Shown here piece by piece: positions 63,697-64,000 of a stretch of 64,000 bases of DNA (position 1 is its first letter; each line of letters begins with the position of its first letter). The translations under genes and the position numbers were made by a program. The DNA is from Isurus oxyrinchus (Eukaryota), in contig JANJGN010000188.1 in assembly GCA_026770705.1 (NCBI GenBank), positions 558,001 through 622,000 of the forward strand, written 5' to 3'. The notes beneath the pieces are model-generated. The model saw nothing but the letters and a program-made list of their open reading frames with translations. It was not told the DNA's origin and ran no database searches.

Positions 63697-64000
63697 GGAT
63701 TTCCAGCATCCGCAGTTTTTTGTTTTTATCCCAGTCTTATTGTGTCCAACCTCCTGCTGGGCCGCCGTCTTGCATTTGTGCAGCAGCTGTTTATTATTCA
63801 GTTGAGCTCTGTCTCTCCCGTCACGGGTTCACCATCCTGTCGATGGTGCTGTCTCATGAACTCCGAGAAGGTTAAAATCACAAGAGAGACGCTCTTTTAC
63901 TGAAACATTTGGTCCCAGACCGAGTGTTTAGTTCACCATCCAACAGCTCCTGGGAATTACATGCAATACATTAACTTTTTTTTATAAATGCCTGGCTACT

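Overview
AT-rich, repeat-dense vertebrate DNA. The repeat families (CR1, L2, Penelope, tRNA-derived SINE) and the GPCR type point to a cartilaginous fish (shark); this is an inference. The only intact coding segment is the large coding exon of a GPR139/GPR142-like class A GPCR (minus, 4294-5195). There are two essentially complete tRNA genes: Ile-AAT (+, 58826-58899) and Asp-GTC (-, 62972-63043). Not visible in the ORF track, I found by manual translation or alignment: a disabled paralogue of the GPCR (22286-22878); a heavily decayed Toll-like-receptor-like relic with LRR, LRR-CT and TIR motifs (minus, ~35.9-38.6 kb); a histone H3 3' fragment with its stem-loop (48.4 kb); at least 7 decayed tRNA genes inside duplicated cassettes; Penelope-derived inverted repeats carrying a minimal hammerhead-ribozyme motif; and a perfect 83-bp palindrome. 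The rest is decayed LINE, Penelope, Gypsy and ERV-like sequence plus simple repeats, with a 182-N gap at 8153-8334. Boundaries of decayed elements are approximate and were set by eye. No database search was run.
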